A stretch of DNA of 17,146 nucleotides from Octopus sinensis (GCF_006345805.1 NW_021824949.1:1-17146), one strand, 5' to 3'. Counted from the stretch's first letter, positions 1 through 7,827 are shown. Notes: generated from the letters alone by a model not told the origin. Translations and numbers: made by a program.

Positions 1-535
1 GGCGTTGTGATTGCTGTTGGTAGTGATGTTAGTGGTGGTGGTGGTGCTGCTGCTGCTGGTGGGGGTGGTTGTGATGGTGGTGATGGTGGTGGTGGTGGTA
101 GTGGTGGTGTTGAGCAGGATGTTGTAGAGCTGTTGGTGGTGATGGTGGTGGTGGTGGTTGTAGTGGTGGTGGTGGTGGTAGTGGTGGTGGTGTTGAGCAT
201 GATGTTGTAGAGGTGTTGCTAGTGATGGTGGTGGTGGTGGTGATGGTGGTAACGGTGGTAGTGGTGGTAGTGGTGATGATGGTGGTAGTGGTGTTGGTTG
301 TGCTGATTATGGTGTTGGTGTTGGCGGTAGTGTTGGCAGTGCTGGTGTTGAGCATGAGGTTGTAGAGGTGTTGGTGGGGATGGTGGTGTTGGCTGTGGTG
401 GTGGTGGTGATGGCTTTGTGATTGCTGTTGGTAGTGATGTTAGTAGTGGTGGTGGTGTGGCTGGTGGTAGTACGTTAGTGATGGTGGTGGTGGTGTTATT
501 GTTCAGGTTGTAGCATTGGTGGTAGTAGCGCATTG
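1..535. repeat. Imperfect (GGT/GTT/GAT)n trinucleotide array with higher-order repeats
   Basis: GGT-rich throughout. GGC(G/T)TTGTGATTGCTGTTGGTAGTGATGTTAGT recurs at 1 and 412 (411-nt period), and TGTTGAGCA..A.GTTGTAGAG occurs three times (~109, ~192, ~346). ORFs here are low-complexity artefacts. Confidence 0.95.
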
Positions 536-562
536 TATTATGGCGCCATTGGTTGGTTTCCT

Positions 563-700
563 GCTTGTTATTTAACCCTAGGTCAGCCCTGACACAGAAG
601 AAGGTCATATAAAGAAAAAAAATGTGTTCCTGTTATGACTGTCCTGTCATCCATTCTGGCATGGTGTACCAAGGACTACCCGAATTAATGTATCCTTTTT
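563..700. mobile_element. Fragment of a dispersed repeat (probable retroposon 3' end on minus strand) abutting the GGT array
   Basis: CTTGTTATTTAACCCTAGGTCAGCCCT (563-590) resembles GTTGCTGTTTAGTCCAAGGTCAGCCTT (14220-14246); both directly follow trinucleotide tracts. Extent uncertain. Confidence 0.4.
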
Positions 701-840
701 AATTGGACAGAAAACTCAGGTGTTAATGTAATGATTCAGAGTAGGAAATCTATTCTGAAAGGGAGTTTCCCGTAGCCCTTTTCTATATTCCCAGGAAGAC
801 TTGAATTCTACCCCTCTTACTGTCAGCATGACACTCATCA

Positions 841-985
841 GTTTTCTCTCCCTGTTTATTTCTGTGTTCCTTTCTGTCGAAGAGCATAGGCTCGAAACAT
901 AAAAGACTTTCTGACTTCCCGAGCATTAAACTAATATATCTGTTTGTTGTTTACACACCCGTCTTTTATTTTTTTATATAATGTA
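841..985 (+). mobile_element. Short non-coding repeat 'family D' carrying a hammerhead-like motif
   Basis: Aligns with 12412-12565 (+) and 4990-5060 (-): TTTCTCTCC.TGTTT.TTTCTGTGTTCCTTTCTGT.GAAGAGC.TAGGCTCGAAAC.TAAAAGACTTT. Confidence 0.8.
870..905 (+). ncRNA. Degenerate minimal type I hammerhead ribozyme (A6U core variant, stem III G->A)
   Basis: CTTT-CTGTCGA-A-GAGC/ATAG/GCTC-GAAA-CA-TA-AAAG: stem I CTTT/AAAG, stem II GAGC/GCTC; stem III is ACAU instead of palindromic ACGU. Confidence 0.6.
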
Positions 986-989
986 TATA

Positions 990-1390
990 GGCGCAGGAGT
1001 GGCTGTGTGGTAAGTAGCTTGTTTACCAACCACATGGTTCCGGGTTCAGTCCCACTGCGTGGCACCTTGGGCAAGTGTCTTCTACTATAGCCTCGGCCGA
1101 CCCAAAGCCTTGTGAGTGGATTTGGTAGACGGAAACTGAAAGAAGCCCGTCATATATATGTATAATATAATATGTGGTTGGTGTTTGTGTGTCTGTTTTG
1201 TTTCCCCTAACATTGCTTGACACCGATGCTGCTGGCGTGTTTATGTCCCTGTTATTTAGTGGTTCAGCAAAAGAGACCGATAGAATAAGTACTGGCCTTG
1301 CAAAAGAATAAGTCCTGGGGTCGAGTTGCTCGATTAAAGGCGGTGCTCCAGATTGGCCGCAGTTAAATGACTGAAACAAGTAAAAGAGTA
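990..1390 (+). mobile_element. tRNA-derived SINE 'family A', near full length
   Basis: A-box-like GGCTGTGTGGTAAG, B-box-like GGTTCAGTCCC, CORE-like CCTTGGGCAAGTG, internal TA/TG microsatellite, 3' end GACTGAAACAAGTAAAAGAGTA. Further copies at 5061, 6935, 8350, 10417, 11950 and 14750. Confidence 0.9.
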
Positions 1391-1744
1391 TACATATTCC
1401 GATTGTCTTGACAATATTGTGTTCACATATATATTCAGATACTTTAATTTGACTGGTATTTTATACCCTTTTCTGTACCTAAACACATTGGCACCATAGA
1501 AACTATTGTCTCTAATGTATGGCATTTTCTCCATTCTTATTCTTGTCTTTTACTCTGAATTACTTGTAATTCCTCTCAGTGATTCTGGGATTTACTGGTC
1601 AGACATAAAGAATTACTTTGGATGTTTAGTCTACTTGCATTTATTAGTGTCTGATTGCTGGATATCGTTAACCAAATTCATCTAAAACTGAGTGATTTTA
1701 TTGATATCTGCCTGGATTTATTAATCCCTTTTACTTATTATAAA

Positions 1745-1851
1745 ATACACATACATACATACATACATATATATATCTATATCTCTCTATCTATCTATCT
1801 ATCTATCTATCTAATCTAATCTATCTCTCTATCTATCTATCTTTATATATA

Positions 1852-1905
<54 letters not shown>
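1745..1905. repeat. Compound (TACA)n(TCTA)n(TA)n microsatellite
   Basis: Direct inspection. Confidence 0.95.
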
Positions 1906-2120
1906 TTGTTGAAATGGAAGATGAATTTTCTTGTTACAGAGTATCAAAGTTTAACCGATACCTGGGTAGCAAAAATCACAGCAGAAAAAACACGGTTGGA
2001 GATAGACCATTTGGTGTTGCAACTGTGCGCTGGTGCGGATAATTGAAGTTTAATATAATTAGTGAATGGAAGAAATGGAGTTGAACGAAGATTGTACTTT
2101 TCTTCATTCACTAATTATAT
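1906..2120 (-). mobile_element. 5'-truncated copy of HHR-repeat 'family 1' with a short terminal fold-back
   Basis: GTTTAACCGATACCTGGGTAGC (1949-1970) matches the reverse complement of 4511-4531. GAAATGGAGTTGAACGAAGAT resembles 4161-4184. Inverted repeat 2053-2075 / 2098-2120. Confidence 0.7.
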
Positions 2121-2148
2121 ATATATATATATTATATATATATATATT

Positions 2149-2450
2149 TGGGAGGCGCAATGGGCCCATGGTTAGGGTAGCGGACTCGCGGTTGTAGGGA
2201 ATCGCGGTTTTGATTCCCAAACGGGCGTTGTGAGTATTTATTGAGCGAAAACACCTAAAGCTCCACGGGGCTCTGCAGGGCGTGGGTGGCAATCCCTGCT
2301 GTAACTCTTTCTCTCACTCTTTCTCTGTTGGCCTGCTCGCTTGTGGGGCCACGGGTGGCATCATTTGAAGGCTAAAATAATGCAAAGCGCATTGTGACCA
2401 GCGATGTGTAGCAACATCTGATAGCCTGGTCGGTCACGGTGATCACGGTG

Positions 2451-2452
<2 letters not shown>
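2149..2452 (+). mobile_element. tRNA-derived SINE 'family B'
   Basis: Head GGAGGCGCAATGG...TGGTTAGGG...GATTCCC is shared with 8941-9318 (-). The 3' tail GAAGGCTAAAA.AATGCAAAGCGCATTGTGACCAGCGATGTG...GTCACGGTGATCACGGTGATA is shared with 4604-4740 and 10870-10997. Confidence 0.85.
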
Positions 2453-2489
<37 letters not shown>

Positions 2490-2651
2490 TTTATGTATTT
2501 CTTATTTGGTAAAAAATGACCATCTCCAAATATAACAACACACACACACATGTATGCATGTATGTATACATGTGTGTATGTATGTATGTGTGTATGTGCC
2601 TGTACGTATGTATGCGTATATCTGTGTGTGTATGTATGTGTGTATGCATGT
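2453..2651. repeat. (TA)n, (CA)n and (TG/TATG)n microsatellites
   Basis: Direct inspection. Confidence 0.9.
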
Positions 2652-2809
2652 GTCGTCGTCGTTTAACGTCCGTTCTCCATGCTAGCATGGGTTGGACGGT
2701 TCGACCGGGGTTCTGGGAAGCCAGAAGGCTGCACCAGGCTCCAGTCTAATTTGGCAATGTTTCTACAGCTGGATGCCCTTCCTAACGCCAATCCCTTCCT
2801 AACGCCAAT
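2652..2809 (-). mobile_element. RTE-type retroposon 3' tail fragment
   Basis: Reverse complement of 9700-9856 (...CCAACCCATGCTAGCATGGA...GGACGTTAAACGACGACG). A 17-nt tandem duplication CCCTTCCTAACGCCAAT (2776-2792 / 2793-2809) lies at the truncated end. Confidence 0.85.
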
Positions 2810-2955
2810 GTAATTATGTATCCCTCTTTCTTCCATTTTCCTATTTTCTCACTTTCATTGTCTTTTCCCTTTATGACCCACTCTCTCCCTTTCTCTCTCT
2901 CTCTCTCTCTCACTATCCCTCTTTTCACTCCCCTTCCTCTTCTCTCTTACTGGTA

Positions 2956-3542
2956 TCAGTAGAACGTTAGTGGTAGCGATGACGGCAGCGGTAGCGGTGG
3001 ATGCGGCAGCGCCACTCGCAGTGGTAGTGGCAGTAGCAGTGGATGCATCGTTACAGGCTGCAGTAGAGGCGCTAGCATTGGCCGTGGTGGTGGTGGTAGT
3101 GGTGGAGGATGTGATGGTACTGCTACTACGGATGATGGGCAATGAATAGAAACAAACTTGGACGCCGAAATCGGATACGGGCATGGGCTTGCACAAAGTT
3201 TTGAGTATGGAGGGTCATCAGCGTCGTTCTTGTTATTGCTGTTGTCATTGTTGATGTCGTTGTTGACGGTGTTGTTGTTGTTGATCTTGTTGTTGCTGGT
3301 AGAAAATATTTGATGAGTGTCACTGAAACTTGATGACAATTGAGTGGAGTTTAAGCTGACACTAACATCCGGTCGTATGTTGTATCTGTATTGGAGTGGA
3401 GTGTTCTGGGTGAGAGTCATGGCTGGCCAGTCTCCCATCATCTCTGTTGCTCTATGAGAATAGTTCCAGTCAACTTGTGACTTTAGGATATCTGCCTTTG
3501 AAGACATGGTTTTTTGTTTCTTTGAAGAATTCTTCATAGAAT
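2956..3542 (-). CDS. Putative terminal coding exon of an unidentified Asn/Pro-rich protein
   Basis: 193-codon open frame, largely not repeat-derived (…ADILKSQVDWNYSHRATEMMGDWPAMTLTQNTPLQYRYNIRPDV…), preceded on minus by acceptor TTTTCTAATTTACAG (AG at 3544-3543, phase 1). Stop TGA at 2958-2956. Confidence 0.5.
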
Positions 3543-3554
3543 CTGTAAATTAGA

Positions 3555-3707
3555 AAATAATAATAATAATAATGATGATGACGACGATGATGATGATGAT
3601 GATGATGACGATGACGATGACGACAATGACGACGACGATGATGGTGATGATGATGATGATGATGACGATGACGATGACGATGATGGTGATGATGATGGTG
3701 ATGATGG

Positions 3708-3780
<73 letters not shown>

Positions 3781-3814
3781 GATGACGATGACGATGACGA
3801 TGGTGATGATGATA

Positions 3815-3846
<32 letters not shown>

Positions 3847-3876
3847 GGTGGTGGTGGTTTTGGTGATGATGATGAT
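3555..3876. repeat. (AAT)n(GAT/GAC/GGT)n array; expanded tail of the adjacent minus-strand SINE
   Basis: Directly contiguous with the SINE 3' end (minus: GGCCTTGTGCCAAAATTTGAAATCATCATC...). Confidence 0.9.
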
Positions 3877-4084
3877 TTCAAATTTTGGCACAAGGCCAGC
3901 AATTTCAGGGGAGGGCGCTAAGTCAAGTACATTGACCCCCAGTGATCAACTGGTACTTATTTTATCAATACCGAAAGAATGAAAGGCAAAGTTGACCCCA
4001 GCAGAATTTTTACTCAGAAAGTGAGGACAAGAAATGCTGCTAAGCATTTTGTCCTGTGTGCTAATGACTCTGCCAGCTCACTGC
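3877..4084 (-). mobile_element. SINE with conserved central domain (Meta/MESC-like, from recollection)
   Basis: Minus strand reads GGTCAACTTTGCCTTTCATTCTTTCGGTATTGATAAAATAAGTACCAGTTGATCACTGGGGGTCAATGTA, homologous to 7687-7757 (+). Confidence 0.8.
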
Positions 4085-4195
4085 TTCATAATAATAATAA
4101 TAATTTGAACTATTATATATATATTATATATAATATATATATATATATATTAAAATAAATGAAAGAATTGAGTCGAACGAAGATGTTAACAAAAT

Positions 4196-4290
4196 CCTTT
4201 ACTCTCGACACATGTTTCGAAGACAGCATTTTTTCATCCTAAAAAGGAATAAAGGGTGCATTATGCAATCTTCTCATCAGGAAAGAAAGG
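4196..4290 (-). ncRNA. Type I hammerhead ribozyme with canonical core and GUC cleavage site
   Basis: Minus strand: CCTTTCTTTC-CTGATGA-GAAGAT.GCAT..loop..ATGC.GTCTTC-GAAA-C-ATGT-G-TC-GAGAG(T)AAAGG. Stem I 10 bp with one bulge and one G-U, stem II 6+4 bp. Predicted cleavage between 4207 and 4206. Confidence 0.85.
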
Positions 4291-4295
4291 GAGTC

Positions 4296-4383
4296 TCTCT
4301 TCCTGATGAAGATTGCATAATGCACCCTTTATCCTTTGGAATGAAAACATGCTGTCTTCGAAACATGTGTTTGAGAGTAAAGG
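4296..4383 (+). ncRNA. Degenerate mirror copy of the same hammerhead
   Basis: CTGATGA (4303-4309)-AGAT.GCAT...ATGC.GTCTTC-GAAA-CATGTG-TT-TGAGAG: 2 nt lost at the base of stem II, and GUC changed to GUUU. Confidence 0.65.
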
Positions 4384-4603
4384 AATTTTGTTAACATCTT
4401 CATTCGACTCCATTCTTTCATTTATTCATATCCAACACACAAATTTCTGACATGAAACCGGAGTTTCTACCCTTGACAGGTCGCTTCAACCGTGGTTCTG
4501 ACGTGAATTTGCTACCAGGTTTCGGTTAAACAAATTTTCCATGCTGACGATAAACATAGGATAATTCATTCACCTACTTAAATAGATATATATATTATAT
4601 AGA

Positions 4604-4740
4604 TGGCCTGCTCGCTTTAGCCAGCGGGGGGTGGGGTGGGGGGTCATTAGGGGCTTTGAGGCTAAAACAATGCAAAGTGCATTGTGACCAGCGATGTGTA
4701 GCAATATCTGATGCCTGGTCGGTCACGTGATCCCGTGATA
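4604..4740 (+). mobile_element. Family B SINE 3' tail fragment
   Basis: Matches 2328-2452. Confidence 0.85.
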
Positions 4741-4774
4741 TATATATATATATATATAATATATATATATATAA

Positions 4775-4985
4775 TATAGTAATCCCCCAAAATGAAGAAC
4801 AAATACAAACAATGCAAGGACGTGTACATCAAAGTGTTAGCAGATGCTCATAGAAGGAAAGAAAGGTAGTTTTTACGTTTCGAGCAAACGCTCTTCTTCA
4901 GAAACAGGAGATGGAGGAAAGTCCAAGAGAAAAAGAAGACGGAGGGAAAAAATTTGCCAACGATTCACATGTAGTTGCATTTTGA
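4775..4985 (-). mobile_element. Short non-coding repeat 'family C' carrying a minimal hammerhead
   Basis: Non-microsatellite segment between a (TA)n tract and a family D fragment, containing the motif at 4869-4905. Boundaries approximate. Confidence 0.5.
4869..4905 (-). ncRNA. Minimal type I hammerhead ribozyme with canonical core and GUA site
   Basis: Minus strand: GTTT-CTGAAGA-A-GAGC/GTTT/GCTC-GAAA-CG-TA-AAAAC. Loopless palindromic stem III ACGU. Predicted cleavage between 4874 and 4873. Confidence 0.8.
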
Positions 4986-4989
4986 AAAA

Positions 4990-5060
4990 TTAAAAGTCTT
5001 TTATGTTTCTAGTCTACACGCTTCAACAGAAAGGAATAAGAAGAAATAAATAGAGAGAAA
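4990..5060 (-). mobile_element. Family D fragment with a decayed hammerhead motif (4998-5033)
   Basis: Minus strand: TTTCTCTCTATTTATTTCTTCTTATTC-CTTT-CTGTTGA-AGCGTGTAGACTA-GAAA-CA-TA-AAAGAC. Confidence 0.7.
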
Positions 5061-5110
5061 ATGGTGCTCCAGCATGGCCGCAGTCAAATGACTGAAACAA
5101 GTAAAAGAGA
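5061..5110 (+). mobile_element. Family A SINE 3' terminal fragment
   Basis: GGTGCTCCAGCATGGCCGCAGTCAAATGACTGAAACAAGTAAAAGAG matches 12293-12340. Confidence 0.85.
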
Positions 5111-5159
5111 GAGAGTTCAGCGGTCCAACATGTTGGATATGATGGATAGAGACATATAT

Positions 5160-5282
5160 CATCATCATCATCATCGTTTAACGTCTGTTTTCCATGCTAG
5201 CATGGGTTGGACAGTTCGACCAGGGTCTGGGAAGCCAGGAGGCTGCACCAGGCTCCAGTCTATCTGGCAGTGATTCTACAGT
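5160..5282 (-). mobile_element. RTE-type 3' tail fragment
   Basis: (CAT)n then CGTTTAACGTC...CCATGCTAGCATGGGTTGGACAG, as at 2652 and 12633. Confidence 0.85.
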
Positions 5283-5440
5283 GATTTCTCTATGTTAAAT
5301 TTTCTATCTAGAAGTTTCCTGCATGTATACTTTGTGTGCGATGGTGGAACACGCAATGTACCGGAAATCCATTACTCGAGATGTGTGTGTGTGTGTGTGA
5401 GGAGCAGAAGAAGTGAAAAATAATTTAGGAGATGACTTAC

Positions 5441-5505
5441 GGGAGACAGGAGTTTCACGTGAATACAACATCCCTAGAGTGGCCAACATCATGTCAAGGG
5501 AACTT
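5441..5505 (-). CDS. Putative 65-nt internal exon (SSLDMMLATLGMLYSRETPVS)
   Basis: Strong pyrimidine tract TCTATCTTCCCTTAAACCTTCTTTTATTTATAG before 5505 and donor GTAAGTC after 5441. Only one frame is open, and it ends in phase 1, matching the 3542 exon. Confidence 0.5.
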
Positions 5506-5577
5506 CTATAAATAAAAGAAGGTTTAAGGGAAGATAGAATAAGATTTTTAGACTTCAGTTCCATTGTAAATACTTAC

Positions 5578-5585
5578 TGTAACAT
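5578..5585 (-). CDS. Putative upstream exon end with possible start codon (ATG TTA CA|gtaagt)
   Basis: Donor GTAAGT at 5577-5572 defines a 72-nt GT-AG intron to 5506. Its phase 2 matches the next exon. An in-frame TAA lies 9 nt upstream of the ATG. Confidence 0.3.
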
Positions 5586-5605
5586 ACACTGTTACCCTGA
5601 ACAGC

Positions 5606-5690
5606 ATTAGCATCACCTCCACCATCATTATCATTATCACCACCACCACCACCACCATCATCATCATTATCAGCAGCAGCAGCATAAGCA
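5606..5690. repeat. (CAT/CAC/CAG)n trinucleotide tract
   Basis: Direct inspection. Confidence 0.85.
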
Positions 5691-6079
5691 ACTTACATTT
5701 TTGAAATCACATTCACTTAGAAATATTTCTAAATGATTAAAATATTGTGCTTAACAAAAGCGAAAAAAAGAAACATTTACTGTGAGAAAACAAATTGTAC
5801 TTTTTCATTGTCAAGTTACTGTCCAATTGAAAGGCAAGAGTTACTTCCCTCCCTGGATTAAGTTAATTTCGGAGACTTTTCCCATGATGCCCCGTTTTGA
5901 GTATTTATACTCCCAAAAGTCTTAATATCTTCACAACCACTAACCCAATTTACATGAAATTTGTTTCATCTCAGTTTGTATTTACTTTCAGGGGAAACTT
6001 AATTCAGAGTATTTTCCCATTATGCGCCAGTTTGGCCAAGTAACATTGCAAGCAAGCAAGAGGCAATCTGACTTTTAAT

Positions 6080-6340
6080 GTATTATATATATATATATAT
6101 ATATTTATATATTTGAGTAATTGAATGAATTATCTTATTAAGGATAATTCGAAAGATAACCGATACCTGGGTAGATATTTGTTAACTAGTCATTCAACTC
6201 CATTCTTTCATATACTTATATATATATATGTGTATATGTATATGTGTGTATATATATATATAATATATATAATATATATATATATATTTATATATATATA
6301 TACATATACATATACATATATATATATATATAATACATAT

Positions 6341-6373
<33 letters not shown>

Positions 6374-6505
6374 CACACACATACATATATATATATATAA
6401 ATATACACACACACATATATATTTATATGTATATTTGGTAATGATTTATGATGTTGATGTTGACGATGGTTGTGATGAGGATGATGATGATTATGATGAT
6501 AATGG
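6080..6505. repeat. (TA)n/(TACA)n/(GAT)n microsatellite region
   Basis: Direct inspection; the six-frame ORFs here are YI/IY artefacts. Confidence 0.9.
6117..6212. mobile_element. Rearranged family 1 fragment (inversion junction) embedded in (TA)n
   Basis: 6121-6174 is antisense to the 3' end of the 4298-4585 arm (GAATGAATTATC, AACCGATACCTGGGTAG). 6178-6212 TTTGTTAAC....CATTCAACTCCATTCTTTCAT is sense to 4387-4421. Confidence 0.65.
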
Positions 6506-6934
6506 CATCTTCAGTAATGACTTGGTGACAATGAGCATTGACAGATTGTGTATAAACACAGAAAAAAAGAAAGAGAGAAAGAGAGAGAGAAAGAGTGAGA
6601 AAGTGAAAGAAAGAGGTGACACTGGTTCATTTTTTTTTTTGGTTTAAATCATGCAAAGTGCCTCAGCTGTAAATGTGTTCTGCTCTTTTGTGCGTAGAAG
6701 CTTCTCCTTTTCTTCAATAGCATGTCAACTTTGAAGAATTCTTGCATCCTGAAATTGTGTCCTCTTCTCAAGTAGAATTAGTCCTAATTGCCATTCAGTA
6801 ATTATGACACATCTTCTAGTGGCCGAGATAATTTTAGTAAATTTGGAATTTATGGTGCATGGTACTAGATATACCTATATTTGTTAATGCCATATGTACA
6901 TTTATATATATATGTGTATATATATATATATGTG

Positions 6935-6953
6935 TGTGTGAGTGTGTGTGTGT

Positions 6954-6985
<32 letters not shown>

Positions 6986-7215
6986 CATCTTTGTGTCTGT
7001 GTTTATCCCCCCCACTATCACTACTAGACAACCAGTGTTGGTGAGTTTACATCTCCATAACTTAGCAGTACAGCAAAAGAGACTGATAGAATAAATACAA
7101 GGTTTAAACAACAAAAATCCTGGGTGGGGGTGGGGGGTTGATTTGTTCAACTAAACCCATTCAGAGCAGTACTCCAGCATGGCCACAGCCAAATGACTGA
7201 GACAGCTGAAAGGAT
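6935..7215 (+). mobile_element. Family A SINE 3' half with expanded (TG)n
   Basis: (TG)n, then TGTGTTTATCCCCCC...GACAACCAGTGTTGGTG...GATAGAATAA...CTCCAGCATGGCCACAGCCAAATGACTGAGACA. Confidence 0.8.
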
Positions 7216-7334
7216 AAAAAAATACACACACACACACTATCATTTGAATAATTATAAAATTCAGTGTACTTTATTAAAGTACATTTTATTTCCAAAATGT
7301 CATAGAATCTACAGACAGCTGAATTGTTTCATTA

Positions 7335-7570
7335 TGACTGTTCTGGTTCATGCACTGCTGATAATGGCCGGCAATGAAAGTAAAACATGACAAAATATTT
7401 AATTCTGTGTTCAAGTATGTTCTTGTTTAATGGCTGCCCTCAATTCATTGACTGTAGCTGGTTTTGTACAATAAATGTCTTTTAAGTATCCTCATATAAA
7501 ATGCCTAGTGGTGTGAAACCTGGTGAATGTGGAGGGTGTTCTGAATCTCTCCATCCGATCCGTCTGGCAA
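7335..7570 (-). pseudogene. Decayed Tc1/mariner-superfamily transposase C-terminus
   Basis: Manual translation across frameshifts: EHPPHSPGFTPL / F.*GYLKDIYCTKPATVNELRAAIKQE / IAGHYQQCMNQNSH. This fits the conserved PPxSPDLxPLDFxLWGYLK...CxxxxGxxF tail. Confidence 0.8.
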
Positions 7571-7602
7571 AATCTTATCAAGGTAGGTCCTTACATTACA
7601 AG

Positions 7603-7827
7603 GGTAGTGTGAAACGTTAGCACGCCAGGCAAAATGCTTAGCCGTATTTCGTCTGCCGCTACATTCTGAGTTCAAATTCCGCCAAGGTCAACTTTGCCTT
7701 TCATCCTTTTGGGGTCGATAAATTAAGTACCAGTTACGCACTGGGGTCGATGCAATCGACTTAATACCTATGTCTGTCCCTGTTTGTCCCCTCTGTGTTT
7801 AGCCCCTTGTGGGTAATAAAGAAATAG
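7603..7827 (+). mobile_element. SINE with Meta/MESC-like central domain
   Basis: B-box-like GAGTTCAAATTCC, then GGTCAACTTTGCCTTTCATCCTTTTGGGGTCGATAAATTAAGTACCAGTT; homologous to 3877-4084. Confidence 0.8.

Larger units (their letters stand above)
4155..4585 (+). mobile_element. HHR-bearing 'family 1' element: long arm 4298-4585 plus inverted short arm 4155-4283, flanked by (TA)n
   Basis: About 130-bp near-perfect inverted repeat 4155-4283 / 4298-4426. The long arm continues to GGATAATTCATTCAC (4559-4573), which is shared with the 6117 copy. Confidence 0.85.

Noticed and set aside
7-608. ORFs of 67-129 aa (poly-G/V/T/H/P)
   Set aside because: Translations of the GGT array, open in several frames, with no non-repeat content.
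780-841. Minus-strand CTGATGA followed by hairpin TGTCA/TGACA
   Set aside because: No GAAA-stem III-UH after the hairpin (it reads GTAAG); at best an unrecognisable remnant.
3215-3221. Minus-strand CTGATGA
   Set aside because: Lies in the putative exon (ADD codons) with no stem II or GAAA.
3534-3982. Poly-S, poly-I and poly-M ORFs
   Set aside because: Translations of the (GAT)n SINE tail.
4544-4575. CTGACGA in the family 1 3' region
   Set aside because: No closing stem II or GAAA.
5820-6060. Possible DNA-transposon or MITE remnant (GAGTTACTTCCCT motif)
   Set aside because: No terminal inverted repeats, target-site duplication or second copy in the window.
6645-6865. Minus-strand frame (…ISATRRCVIITEWQLGLILLEKRTQFQDARILQS*HAIEEKEKLLRTK…) with one in-frame TGA; alternative frame MQEFFKVDMLLKKRRSFY
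   Set aside because: No recognisable homology, weak splice signals (purine-rich acceptor, only a poor GC donor) and no SECIS identified, so neither an exon nor selenocysteine readthrough can be supported.
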